Source: an uncultured Clostridia bacterium
GTDB lineage: Bacteria; Bacillota; Clostridia; TANB77; CAG-508
Reading direction: 5' to 3'
NCBI GenBank assembly: GCA_944391855.1
Contig: CALXVB010000003.1
Span: 1 to 64,000, forward strand
Length of the DNA stretch: 64,000 bases
The position numbers were made by a program, and so were the translations under genes. This document shows positions 1-9,441 of the stretch, in pieces (the first letter of the stretch is position 1; the number at the start of each line of letters is the position of its first letter). Below the pieces are notes generated by a model. The model saw only the letters and a program-made list of their open reading frames with translations, had not been told where the DNA came from and did no database searches.

Positions 1-483
1 ATATGAAATGTATTTTTTTATTTCTGCTCTACGATATGCTTGTACAAATTGTTCATAAATTTTCTTGATATACGAATTACTTAAATCTTTAATGGAATTT
101 AAAAATTCTTGAATATCATCTTTGGTTATATCTTGTATTTTCATATTTCCAATATTGCTATTTTTAATTTTGTTAATAGTCCATTTTAATCTAGCATATT
201 GACCGCCTGAAATTGTATTAGATGCCAATTTTTCTTCTCTTATATCTTCCATAATTTTTACTAATTCGATTCCATTCTTTTCAACATACATGTCATTATT
301 CATTTTATATTTAATCTCATTTAATTTATTTAAAACTTCTTTTTGAGTTTTGCCATATACTGATTTTCTAATGGCTTTTCCATCTGCAGATGTTCCTGAT
401 ATATATTGCCCAATCCATCTTTTATTCTTCTTATCTTCAAATATTGTACCTTCACCATTTCCTCTTCTTCTTTTCTTCTTCAT
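1..483 (-). CDS. Tyrosine-type site-specific integrase, N-terminal part; the gene runs off the left edge
   Basis: Reverse-complement translation from ATG at 483 gives MKKKRRRGNGEGTIFEDKKNKRWIGQYISGTSADGKAIRKSVYGKTQKEV..., a typical phage/ICE integrase N-terminal SAM-like region. The ORF stays open to position 1, so it is missing from the ORF track. Confidence 0.55.
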   Translation of the reverse strand, partial: MKKKRRRGNGEGTIFEDKKNKRWIGQYISGTSADGKAIRKSVYGKTQKEVLNKLNEIKYKMNNDMYVEKNGIELVKIMEDIREEKLASNTISGGQYARLKWTINKIKNSNIGNMKIQDITKDDIQEFLNSIKDLSNSYIKKIYEQFVQAYRRAEIKKYISY

Positions 484-495
484 AATTTTGACCTC

Positions 496-1299
496 CTATT
501 TTGCAAGTTCATTTATCAAACTTGAAATATAATATTCTATTATGTTTTCTATATTTTTATTTTTTAAGATATTACCAAATACTTTTTCTAGTATAGGTAA
601 AGTTAATTTTTCTAATAATTCCCCCTGTTTATTGTCATATAATCTTTTTACTGCCAACTGATATAGTTTTATTTGATTTAGTGCACTCTCTGGTAAATAA
701 TCAAAGCTTTCAAAATATATTTTCTTTTGTCTAAAAATTGCATTATATTTTGTTATTTCTTCTTGTACTAAATTTGTTTTATTTAATTTTAAATTAATTA
801 AATCTAATCCATCATTCAATCCATTATTTTCTATATCTTCATCTATCTCTATATCTAACTCTTTATCTATATCTATCTCTAGTGGACTATTTGGTGGACA
901 TTGTCCACTTAATAATTTTTGCTTTTCTCTTTGTTCTCTTTTTTGTTTTGCCCAACTAGTTTCACTACCTACCATATTTTCAAAACCTGCGATTTTTAAG
1001 CAAATTCCATCATCTGTATATATCAAATTTAATTTTTTAAATAATTCCATTCCTACAATGACAGTATCTTTACTAAAATATTTAGTATCTCTTGCTATCT
1101 TATCTGGATCATATGGAATAATCATTTCTCCAATTCTTGATGCTAATTCTCCATTATTATTAGCAGTTTGCAAACATAGCATTTGATATAAAACTATATA
1201 TTGACAACCATCTTTTTGTGATAATAAAAAATCTATTTCATCTAAATTAAAGAAATCAGTTTTTAATTTTATCCAATAATATCTTTTGGCTTTTTCCAT
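496..1299 (-). CDS. Phage replisome organizer, N-terminal domain protein
   Basis: 267 aa. The N-terminus MEKAKRYYWIKLKTDFFNLDEIDFLL...CQYIVLYQMLCL matches the phage replisome-organizer N-domain pattern. It lies between the xis-like and int genes. Confidence 0.55.
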   Translation of the reverse strand: MEKAKRYYWIKLKTDFFNLDEIDFLLSQKDGCQYIVLYQMLCLQTANNNGELASRIGEMIIPYDPDKIARDTKYFSKDTVIVGMELFKKLNLIYTDDGICLKIAGFENMVGSETSWAKQKREQREKQKLLSGQCPPNSPLEIDIDKELDIEIDEDIENNGLNDGLDLINLKLNKTNLVQEEITKYNAIFRQKKIYFESFDYLPESALNQIKLYQLAVKRLYDNKQGELLEKLTLPILEKVFGNILKNKNIENIIEYYISSLINELAK

Positions 1300-1458
1300 A
1301 ATTTACTCACTTTCCAGTATTTCTACTTAATTTTCTATTGTTAAAAATAAGGAAAAATGATATACTATTTATATAAAGATTGCGAATATCTTTATGTGGC
1401 ATTTGTGCAAAAGTCTGCTCTCCAAAGTGTACTTTTGTATAAATGCTTTTTAAATTTT

Positions 1459-1704
1459 TCATATAACATCAATCCTTTTTTCCATTTTCCAAAGAATATA
1501 AGCAATTTTTTGGATTTTTCTTGTTTTGCCTATATTAACAGAAGGGAAGTCTGCACGATTAAATATTTCATTTGTTTTGTTTTCTCCCATATATAAATCT
1601 TTTGCTACATCTTTTACAGTTAGCATTTTAAATGGGTCATCTAAGTTTTTTATAGCTTGTTTTACTAATTCTTTCTTTAGTTCTTCACTAAAATTTTCAT
1701 TCAT
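1459..1704 (-). CDS. Small HTH DNA-binding protein, excisionase/Xis-like
   Basis: The likely start is MNENFSEE at 1704, preceded by an AGGAGG-type ribosome-binding site at 1713-1720. The motif MLTVKDVAKDLYMGENKTNEIFNRADFPSVNIGKTRKI resembles excisionase/MerR-type HTH proteins. The gene lies upstream of int in the same orientation. Confidence 0.45.
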   Translation of the reverse strand: MNENFSEELKKELVKQAIKNLDDPFKMLTVKDVAKDLYMGENKTNEIFNRADFPSVNIGKTRKIQKIAYILWKMEKRIDVI

Positions 1705-1734
1705 AATTTTTGTCCTCCTTTGAAATCCTATAAA

Positions 1735-1957
1735 TCCATTTTGGATACTTAATAAGTAAAAAAATAAATATTTATTCATATTTTTAATTTTATAGCATAC
1801 CTCCTTTCAAATTTGTCTATATCCACTTTGGATATTTATATAATAATCCAAAATGGATATATTGTCAATACCTTTTTCAAAATTTTTTAAACTTTCTAAA
1901 ACTTTTATAGTAAAAATATTTAATTATCAACAATCATTGACTTTCCAAAATGGATAT
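1735..1957. promoter_or_regulatory. Four operator-like inverted repeats ATCCA-N5-TGGAT in the divergent xis/XRE intergenic region
   Basis: Sites at 1735-1749 (ATCCATTTTGGATAC), 1821-1835 (ATCCACTTTGGATAT), 1846-1860 (ATCCAAAATGGATAT) and 1943-1957 (TTCCAAAATGGATAT). The last site sits in the spacer between a -35 TTGACT (1937-1942) and a -10 TAAAAT (1960-1965) of the XRE gene. Confidence 0.5.
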
Positions 1958-1995
1958 GATAAAATTTAAGCATAAATTGAGAAGGAGAAAATATT

Positions 1996-2745
1996 ATGAC
2001 AAATGGCGAAAGAATAAAGTATTTAAGAGAAAAAAATGGTTTTACTCAAAAAGATATTGCAACAAGATTAGGAGTAGAGCCTGCAGCAATATCAAAATAT
2101 GAATTAGATATGAGAGAACCAAATATAGAAGCAATAAAAAAGCTAGCCACAATTTTTAATGTTTCAATAGATTATTTACTTGGAAGAACACCAGATGTTT
2201 TTGTAGATGAAACAGATAGAGATACACTTGATATATCTGGTATTAAAGATAAATACAACTTTACAAAAAAGAGAATGGATAAAGTAAAAGAAATCTACAA
2301 AAATGATACTACACTAAGCACAGCCATAAACGAATTATGTTGTGGAGTAGGAAAAACTACTTTTGGAGAAACTATAACAAATACAAATATTTCAATGTTA
2401 GAAATAGAAAGCATATTTAATGATTTTATAAATAGCAAGGATCCTAAGCCACAAATTATGATGAAAGTTAAAGATTTAGAAAATAGTATTATAATTGTTG
2501 AAATTGATTCTTTTGACGATGAAGAAATGCCACTTGATGCAACTGATAGAATTGCTTTATATACTACAAAATTATCACAAAAATATAATGTGCTTGGTTT
2601 AGTAATGACAATTGATAAAGATGAAAATTGTAAAGTTATTGATGCTATATATCAAAAAAATAAAGATACTTATTATACTCAATTACATTTGCCTAGAACA
2701 GTATTAACTGCTGGAGAGTATATTGATATAATGAGTAGATTGTAA
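1996..2745 (+). CDS. XRE-family HTH transcriptional regulator; the C-terminal domain has unknown function
   Basis: N-terminus MTNGERIKYLREKNGFTQKDIATRLGVEPAAISKYELDMREPNIEAIKKLATIFNVSIDYLLGRT is an HTH_3/XRE domain. A ribosome-binding site GGAGAA precedes the ATG. Confidence 0.7.
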   Translation: MTNGERIKYLREKNGFTQKDIATRLGVEPAAISKYELDMREPNIEAIKKLATIFNVSIDYLLGRTPDVFVDETDRDTLDISGIKDKYNFTKKRMDKVKEIYKNDTTLSTAINELCCGVGKTTFGETITNTNISMLEIESIFNDFINSKDPKPQIMMKVKDLENSIIIVEIDSFDDEEMPLDATDRIALYTTKLSQKYNVLGLVMTIDKDENCKVIDAIYQKNKDTYYTQLHLPRTVLTAGEYIDIMSRL

Positions 2746-2807
2746 GAAAATTAATTTAATATGTATATTTTGTTATAAATCTAATAAAATAAGAAGGAGA
2801 AAATATA

Positions 2808-4260
2808 GTGAGAGACGAAAAATATTTAAAAGAATTAGTCGAATATTTAAGAAAATTCCCAAAAGAAACTGACTGGTTAGAATTTAAAACTAATTATTAT
2901 GAACCTCAAATTATAGGTGAATATATAAGTGCATTATCTAATGCAGCAGCATTGAATAATGTTCAATATGGTTATCTAATATTTGGTATAGATGATGATT
3001 CTCATGAAATAGTTGGCACGAATATAGTATTAAAAAACAAGAAAAAAGGAAATGAAGAATTAGAATCATGGATAACTAGATTACTTAATCCTAAAATTAA
3101 TTTTAATTTTTATGATATAGAAATTAATGGTAAGAAAGTAGCTATAATTGAAATTAAAAGAGCAGAATACACAATTACAAAGTTTGAAAGTACAGCTTAT
3201 ATGAGAATAGGAACAAATAAGAAACCACTAAGTGCTTTTGTTGGAAAAGAAAAAGAATTATGGAGGGTAATAAATTCTATGCCTTTTGAAATGTGTATTT
3301 CTATTGGAAATCTAACAAGTACAGAAGTACTACAAAAATTAGAGTATTCTTCATATTTTGAATTATTAGGTATTCCATTACCAGACAATGTTACACGGAA
3401 TATTAAATTATTTACAGGAAGAGGAATTTATAAAAAAGAATGAAAATGGAAAATGGGATATTACTAATTTAGGTGCGATTTTATTTGCAAAAAATCTGAA
3501 TGATTTTAAGAATATTAAAAGAAAAAGTATTAGAGTAATTCAATATGACGGAAAAAATAAATTAAAGACAATTAGAGAAGAAGTAGGAGATAAAGGGTAT
3601 GCAATTATATTTGAAGGAATTATAAAGTATATTAATACAATAATACCTAAAAATGAAATTATAGGAGAAGCATTAAGAAAAGAAGTATCTATGTATCCTG
3701 AATTAGCAATTAGGGAAGCTGTTGCCAATAGTTTAGTACACCAAGATTTTAATATATCAGGAACTGGACCTATGGTAGAAATTTATACAGATAGAATAGA
3801 AATAACAAACCCTGGGAAACCCTTAGTAAAAATTGATAGATTTATTGATAATCCTCCAAAATCAAGAAACGAACAATTAGCTTCTTTTTTAAGAAGAATA
3901 GGTGTATGTGAAGAACGTGGCAGTGGATTTGATAAAATAGTATATTCCACAGAAATATATCAATTACCTGCACCCAAAATTGAAGTTTATGATGAAGATA
4001 CTAAAATAACACTATATGCACATATGGCTTATGAGGATATGAGTAAAGAAGATAAAATAAGAGCTTGCTATATGCATGCATGTTTAAAATACGTTAGCAA
4101 TGAACATTTAACAAATGCATCTTTGAGGAAACGATTTGGAATAACACAAAATTCAGTTGTATCTAAAGTAATAAAAAAAGCATTAGATGATGGAAAAATA
4201 AAACCTTATGATAAAGATACAGCACCTAGATATATGGAATATATTCCTTATTGGGCTTAA
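2808..4260 (+). pseudogene. AlbA_2 (Schlafen-like) plus HATPase_c_4 putative DNA-binding ATPase/regulator, split by a frameshift near 3388-3443
   Basis: ORF 2808-3443 carries an AlbA_2-like N-domain (LEFKTNYYEP...YGYLIFGIDDDSHEIVGT). ORF 3388-4260 carries an HATPase_c_4-like C-domain (LAIREAVANSLVHQDFNISGTGPMVEIYTDRIEITNPG). The two are in different frames and overlap by 56 nt. Intact homologues are single proteins of about 480-500 aa. A one-base indel around 3395-3415 would fuse them. Confidence 0.5.
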
Positions 4261-4404
4261 TTTAAGTTTCCGGTAAGTTTCCATTATACTATTAAAATTT
4301 AGTTGATAAAAATTTAGAATTCTTGAATTCCTTGATAATCAAGGAATTCAAGAATTTATGTAAATTTTAAAAATAACAATTTAAGTTTCCGGTAAATTTC
4401 CATT
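4259..4404. repeat. Two 27-bp direct repeats, AATTTAAGTTTCCGGTAA(G/A)TTTCCATT at 4259-4285 and 4378-4404, flanking a perfect 39-bp palindrome at 4318-4356
   Basis: Read directly from the sequence. The palindrome is AATTCTTGAATTCCTTGAT-A-ATCAAGGAATTCAAGAATT. The block lies between convergent genes at the presumed right boundary of the integrative element. Confidence 0.6.
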
Positions 4405-4415
4405 CTTCATATTTT

Positions 4416-4607
4416 TTATTTTTTATTTGTAATTATTTCTTCTTCATGTCCATCATCATATACCCAATGAATGTATTTAAAATCTCCACCAATTCTTGTA
4501 TATTCGTTTCCACCATCAATTGAACATGCTCCACATTTACATTTTTTATAATCGTGAACGCTTAAAGATTCAATTATATCATTACATTTTAAACATTTAA
4601 TTTTCAT
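4416..4607 (-). CDS. Small cysteine-rich zinc-ribbon protein
   Basis: 63 aa with CxxC...CxC...C cysteine spacing (KCLKCNDI...CKCGACS). Confidence 0.35.
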   Translation of the reverse strand: MKIKCLKCNDIIESLSVHDYKKCKCGACSIDGGNEYTRIGGDFKYIHWVYDDGHEEEIITNKK

Positions 4608-4820
4608 ATTTTCACTCGCCTTTTATAATTTTTATTTAAAGTTATTATACAGAAATTTAAAAAATTTTTCAATAAAATTTATTTACTGCATTCAAACTAC
4701 ATTCAAAAAATGTCGAAGTGCTAGAAAATAAGCAATTTTCAAAAGTAAATTCTCCTCACCTCGACCAGTAATAAAAAACCATACAAGTATTGAATTATCA
4801 ATATTCTGTATGGTTTATTT

Positions 4821-5006
4821 TTATGGATAATATGGATTAGGCTTTAGAATAAGAATTATCAGATCAAATATAACTCCTATTCCAAATAGTCCTCCAGTTA
4901 ATAAGTATATAATTCCAAATAAAATTCTTCCTTCATAAAATTTATGTGCCCCAAATATTCCAAGAAATAAACATAGGAAAAACGCTACCCATTTGCTTTT
5001 TGCCAT
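4821..5006 (-). CDS. TM2 domain membrane protein
   Basis: 61 aa with [11 protein letters not shown]-like TM2 motif and two hydrophobic helices. A downstream hairpin AACCATACA...TGTATGGTT plus a T-run at 4773-4818 acts as the terminator. Confidence 0.5.
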   Translation of the reverse strand: MAKSKWVAFFLCLFLGIFGAHKFYEGRILFGIIYLLTGGLFGIGVIFDLIILILKPNPYYP

Positions 5007-5019
5007 ATATTTCCCTCCT

Positions 5020-5940
5020 TTATGTATTATTTTTATTTATATTATCTATAATAATATTTTCATTTTCTTCATCTTTATGCCCTGGGTTTGTTAATAAAGT
5101 ATCTTTTAATGAGTTTTTTAACTTATCACAACATGGCTTAAAAGATACAAATGTAATACCTCCTCCTATTACACCACCAACAACTGGGATAGCCTTCTTA
5201 AAAAATCCAGCAAATACTTCTTTAGTCATTTTTACACCAAACCATTTAGCAATGCTCTTTACTATTGGATACACTGTTCCTTTAGTAAGTGCCGTGTTTA
5301 TTAATTTCTTTTCTACACCTACAGCAAGTGCTTTTGCTATAGACTTTATTGCATTATTTGCACCTGCTACCCCATACATAACACCTAAACATATAGTTAA
5401 TATATTTAATGTTTCTGTATCAAATGCTTGACCTTTTTCATATATGTTTATTTCTGGAAATCCATATAAATACATTAGTTTTTGAGCTGCTCTTAGCATA
5501 TACCCATAATATTGTATAATATCTGCGGGAATAGTTGCTGCCATTGCCGCGCCTCCAGGAGTACCTAGTGCTGCAGATATTCCTGTTACGCAATTTCTTT
5601 CAAAAGCAATTACTTCATCAGCTATTTTATTAATTTCATTAAGAGGTATACCTGCATTTATTGGTGTAGTCTCTATTGCTCTTTCTACTGTTTCTCTTGA
5701 ATATTTTTTACTAAATTCTTTTTCTAGAAAATTTCTTCTATTAATTCCTATTCCCGGAATCCTTAATCCCAGAATAATTATATCTTGTATATCTATTTTT
5801 CCATCTCCGTTTGCATCCATTGCAGTTGTAATTTTATCTTTTGATTTAGCAGTAATTTCTTTTGCTTTGTTCGAAATATTTGTAGTAGTTTTCTTAGCAC
5901 TATTTACAATATTTTCGACTTTTTCTTTCTTTATTTTCAT
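5020..5940 (-). CDS. EcsC family protein
   Basis: 306 aa. [27 protein letters not shown] is typical of the EcsC family. Confidence 0.55.
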   Translation of the reverse strand: MKIKKEKVENIVNSAKKTTTNISNKAKEITAKSKDKITTAMDANGDGKIDIQDIIILGLRIPGIGINRRNFLEKEFSKKYSRETVERAIETTPINAGIPLNEINKIADEVIAFERNCVTGISAALGTPGGAAMAATIPADIIQYYGYMLRAAQKLMYLYGFPEINIYEKGQAFDTETLNILTICLGVMYGVAGANNAIKSIAKALAVGVEKKLINTALTKGTVYPIVKSIAKWFGVKMTKEVFAGFFKKAIPVVGGVIGGGITFVSFKPCCDKLKNSLKDTLLTNPGHKDEENENIIIDNINKNNT

Positions 5941-6070
5941 ATATTGTTCCTCCTTCTTATTTTCTTTATATAGTATTTGTAAATTTCGCGAATATTTTTT
6001 TACCTCAAAAAAATTTTAACCTAATTACTAGTATAAATCAATGATTCGGCTAAAATTCATTTCAATATTA

Positions 6071-6109
6071 TATAAAAACTCTTCAACAACCAATCGGTTT
6101 GTTGAAGAG
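6071..6109 (-). terminator. Rho-independent terminator: hairpin CTCTTCAACAA/TTGTTGAAGAG followed by a U-run on the minus strand
   Basis: Inverted repeat 6079-6089/6099-6109. The A-run at 6071-6078 is the T-run on the minus strand. It lies just downstream of the 6121-6330 gene. Confidence 0.6.
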
Positions 6110-6120
6110 TCTTTCTTAGC

Positions 6121-6330
6121 TCACTCGTCAGTATCATCCTTTTGTTTTCTTGCACGAAACTTGAAGCTCGCCAGAAACATAGTTGCTGCACCAAGAAGGT
6201 AGCTAATTAGCCGATCCAGTGGAAATGCCTTGATGGCGTTCCAAATTTCACTGCCGTAGGTAATAGCCAATACGATAATGAATACCAGAACCGACAATAG
6301 AATAAACTTTACCCAACTTGTGACTCTCAT
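6121..6330 (-). CDS. Small membrane protein in a GC-richer block
   Basis: 69 aa with two hydrophobic helices. Local GC is clearly higher than the surroundings. It has its own terminator. Confidence 0.35.
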   Translation of the reverse strand: MRVTSWVKFILLSVLVFIIVLAITYGSEIWNAIKAFPLDRLISYLLGAATMFLASFKFRARKQKDDTDE

Positions 6331-6458
6331 AATGTATCCTCCTATTGCTTTATTGGGTTTTAGGAACTATTTCCTATATACATTATTATACATTAAATTT
6401 ACACATATTGCAAATTTATGTAAATATGGTTCTTAATAATAAATATCTTCTATATATT

Positions 6459-7964
6459 TTATAGATCTTTTACACTTGGTCCATATATTAGTTTTCCTTT
6501 ATAATCATACCTAGAACCATGACATGGGCAATCCCAAGTTTTATCTAAATTATTCCACGTTAATTCACAGCCTAAATGCTTACAAACTGGATTTATTTTA
6601 TATATTTCACCTTTTTTATTTTTATATACCCCAACTTTCTTACCATCAATTTCAACTATTTTGCCTTCTCCATTTTGTATTTGGTTTATTTCTTCTTTTG
6701 GTATTTCTAATTTTTTTATGACTAATGAGTCTATACTAGTCTTTACTATATTTCCCACTTCTTTTATATTCTTTATTGGTTCTACTCTTGTGGAAGTAAA
6801 TATTTCTTCATATTTGTTTTCAAATCCCATTATCTTATCAGTAATTATATCTGCAGCTATTTTTGAAGTTGTAATTCCCCATTTATTAAATCCTGTAGCC
6901 ACATAACATTTGTCCCATACTTTAGAAAATTCTCCTATATATGGTATTTTATCAAGTGTTATACAATCTTCTGTGTTCCAGTGATATTTTATTTCTCCTT
7001 TTGGGTATATTTCTTTTGCTATTTTCTCTAATTTTGTATATGAATTACTTAAATCCTTTTCTTCTCCTGTTTTATGGTCTGAGCCAACAACAATTAGTAT
7101 ATAGCCATCCTTATCCTTTGCCATTCTTAATGATATAGTAGGTTTTTCTGAATTTATATACATTCCATTAAAAATTTTTTCTTTTGTTTTCATTCCTATT
7201 CCATAACTTGTCCCTTGATACATTTTTAAGAAATAAAATCCTGGTATGTTTACTATTGGATATTTAGTTGCTAATACTAAGTATTTAGTTTTTATTTCAC
7301 AACCATTTTGTGTTTTAACTAAATAGCCGTTTTCTTCGTCTATTATGTCTATAGCTTTTGTATTTTCATATATTTGTAGTCTACTTCCACTACAAATTTT
7401 TGCCAATGCATTTGCATATTTATATGGGTTAAATTGTGCTTGGTTTTCAAATTTTACACCAGCTACTACTTTTACTAAGCTACTTACTTCAATATCTTTT
7501 GCTTCTAAATATTCGGCTTTCCCTCCAAAACTATTTACAACTTCTGCTTCATCTTTTAATTTTTGCATATCTGCTATTGTTCCTGTAAATACATAGCTTG
7601 GTTGATATTCAAAATCACAGTCAATATTTTCTTTTTTTATGATATTAGCTATTCCTTCTATTGCCTCTTCATTTGCTTTATAGTATTCTTTTGCAAAATC
7701 TATCCCTTTTGAATCGGCCAAATATTTATATATCAATCCATGCTCGCTTGTTATTTTAGCAGTACTATTACCACTTGCTTTTCTACATATTCTATCTTTT
7801 TCTATTAAAATAGTTTTTATATTATATTTTCTTAAATTATATGCAAGGTTAAGTCCAGTTAAACCTCCACCTATTATACAAATATCTGTATCTACATTTT
7901 CTTTTAAAGCTTCAAATTTATTAATCTCCTTTTCATTTAAACTATTAATCCAATATGACTTCAT
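6459..7964 (-). CDS. FAD-dependent oxidoreductase fused to a C-terminal Rieske [2Fe-2S] domain
   Basis: 501 aa. N-terminal GGGLTGL dinucleotide-binding motif. C-terminal CKHLGCELTW...CPCHGSRY Rieske motif (CxH...CxxH). Confidence 0.75.
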   Translation of the reverse strand: MKSYWINSLNEKEINKFEALKENVDTDICIIGGGLTGLNLAYNLRKYNIKTILIEKDRICRKASGNSTAKITSEHGLIYKYLADSKGIDFAKEYYKANEEAIEGIANIIKKENIDCDFEYQPSYVFTGTIADMQKLKDEAEVVNSFGGKAEYLEAKDIEVSSLVKVVAGVKFENQAQFNPYKYANALAKICSGSRLQIYENTKAIDIIDEENGYLVKTQNGCEIKTKYLVLATKYPIVNIPGFYFLKMYQGTSYGIGMKTKEKIFNGMYINSEKPTISLRMAKDKDGYILIVVGSDHKTGEEKDLSNSYTKLEKIAKEIYPKGEIKYHWNTEDCITLDKIPYIGEFSKVWDKCYVATGFNKWGITTSKIAADIITDKIMGFENKYEEIFTSTRVEPIKNIKEVGNIVKTSIDSLVIKKLEIPKEEINQIQNGEGKIVEIDGKKVGVYKNKKGEIYKINPVCKHLGCELTWNNLDKTWDCPCHGSRYDYKGKLIYGPSVKDL

Positions 7965-8103
7965 ACAAAACCACTCCTAAACAAATAAAAAAACTAATTA
8001 TATTATTTCCTATAATTAGTTTTTTAATCATATTTCTTACTAAATCATGTTTATAATTAATTGAATATTTTTAAATATCTTTCATTTATTAATTTTTGAT
8101 AAT

Positions 8104-9393
8104 CTACTTATTTCCAATGTATTTGATTACGTCTCCATACACATAAAAGCTTCCTATAACAAAATTTACTGTGTTTTGTCTATTTTCTCTTTTTATCTCT
8201 TTAATTGCTTCTTCTAAGGATTTTATTTTTATTTTTTGATTTTCTCTTTTATATTTTATAGCTATTTTATATAGTTCTTCTGCAGAAGCATATCTTTCTT
8301 TATCATTTCCACTTGTTAATATGAATGATGCCTTCTCATCACTAAATAACAATTCTAGCATGGTTTCATAGTCTTTTCTTTTTAATATAGATATTATATA
8401 TGTTCTATTTAAATCTTTATAATACATATTAACAGAGTTTAGTAGATTTTTTATCGCTGGTTCGTTATGCCCTCCATCATATATAATTAATGGATTTTTA
8501 CATATTTCTTCCATCCTTCCTCTATGAATAACTGTCGAAAGGCCTTTTCTTATGCTCTCTTCTCTTATCTTATATCCTAAGTTATTTAATATTTCCATTG
8601 TTTTTATACATATTGATGCATTATTTATTTGTACTAGCCCTTTTAGATTTACTTTTATATTTTTTAAATTATCATAGTCAAAATATTGATATTCAGTATC
8701 ATAACTATAATTAGTTATATCTGTTTTCTTTATAAGGTACAACTTATTATTTTTTTGCATACAAATATCTTTAAATATTTTATCTATTTCATCATTATTT
8801 TCAAATACAACTGTATTTGAATTTTGCTTTATTATTCCTGCTTTTTGTATTGCTATTTCTTCTAAACTGTTCCCTAAAATGTGCATGTGGTCATATCCTA
8901 TTGACGTAATAATAGATACCAGTGGTTTTGTTATTACATTTGTACAATCGTATATTCCACCTAGCCCAGTTTCTAAAACCACAAAATCCACATTGTTTCT
9001 ATAAAAATAGAGCAGAGCTATTATTGTTTCAAGTTCAAATAAAGTTACTTGTATGTTACTTATTTTATTATATTCTTCTATTTTAGGCTTTAATTCTTCT
9101 ATTAATTCTATCAATTCCTTGTTTGATATATTAATATTATTAATGCTTATTCGTTCATTGTATTCTATTAAATGTGGAGATAAAAACTTTCCCACTTTAT
9201 ACCCTTGATTTATTAAAATATTAGTCACCATTTCTGTGCAACTACCTTTTCCATTTGTTCCTGCAATATGGATAAATTTCATGTTTTTTTCAAAGTTATC
9301 ATATTTATTTATAAAATATTTCATTGCATCTAGTGATGGATTTTTTGTTCCTTTAAAAAAATTATTTAAAAATTCTTCTACATTTTTTATCAT
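8104..9393 (-). CDS. folC: Folylpolyglutamate synthase/dihydrofolate synthase (Mur ligase family)
   Basis: 429 aa. HIAGTNGKGSCTEM P-loop and Mur-ligase architecture. Confidence 0.8.
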   Translation of the reverse strand: MIKNVEEFLNNFFKGTKNPSLDAMKYFINKYDNFEKNMKFIHIAGTNGKGSCTEMVTNILINQGYKVGKFLSPHLIEYNERISINNINISNKELIELIEELKPKIEEYNKISNIQVTLFELETIIALLYFYRNNVDFVVLETGLGGIYDCTNVITKPLVSIITSIGYDHMHILGNSLEEIAIQKAGIIKQNSNTVVFENNDEIDKIFKDICMQKNNKLYLIKKTDITNYSYDTEYQYFDYDNLKNIKVNLKGLVQINNASICIKTMEILNNLGYKIREESIRKGLSTVIHRGRMEEICKNPLIIYDGGHNEPAIKNLLNSVNMYYKDLNRTYIISILKRKDYETMLELLFSDEKASFILTSGNDKERYASAEELYKIAIKYKRENQKIKIKSLEEAIKEIKRENRQNTVNFVIGSFYVYGDVIKYIGNK

Positions 9394-9441
9394 ATTTATA
9401 TCCCCTATTTTTTAATCATTTACTTCTTCATTTATATCTTT

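Noticed and set aside
4946-5431. 161-aa plus-strand ORF
   Set aside because: It is antisense within the well-supported EcsC gene (5020-5940). Low complexity, no ribosome-binding site.
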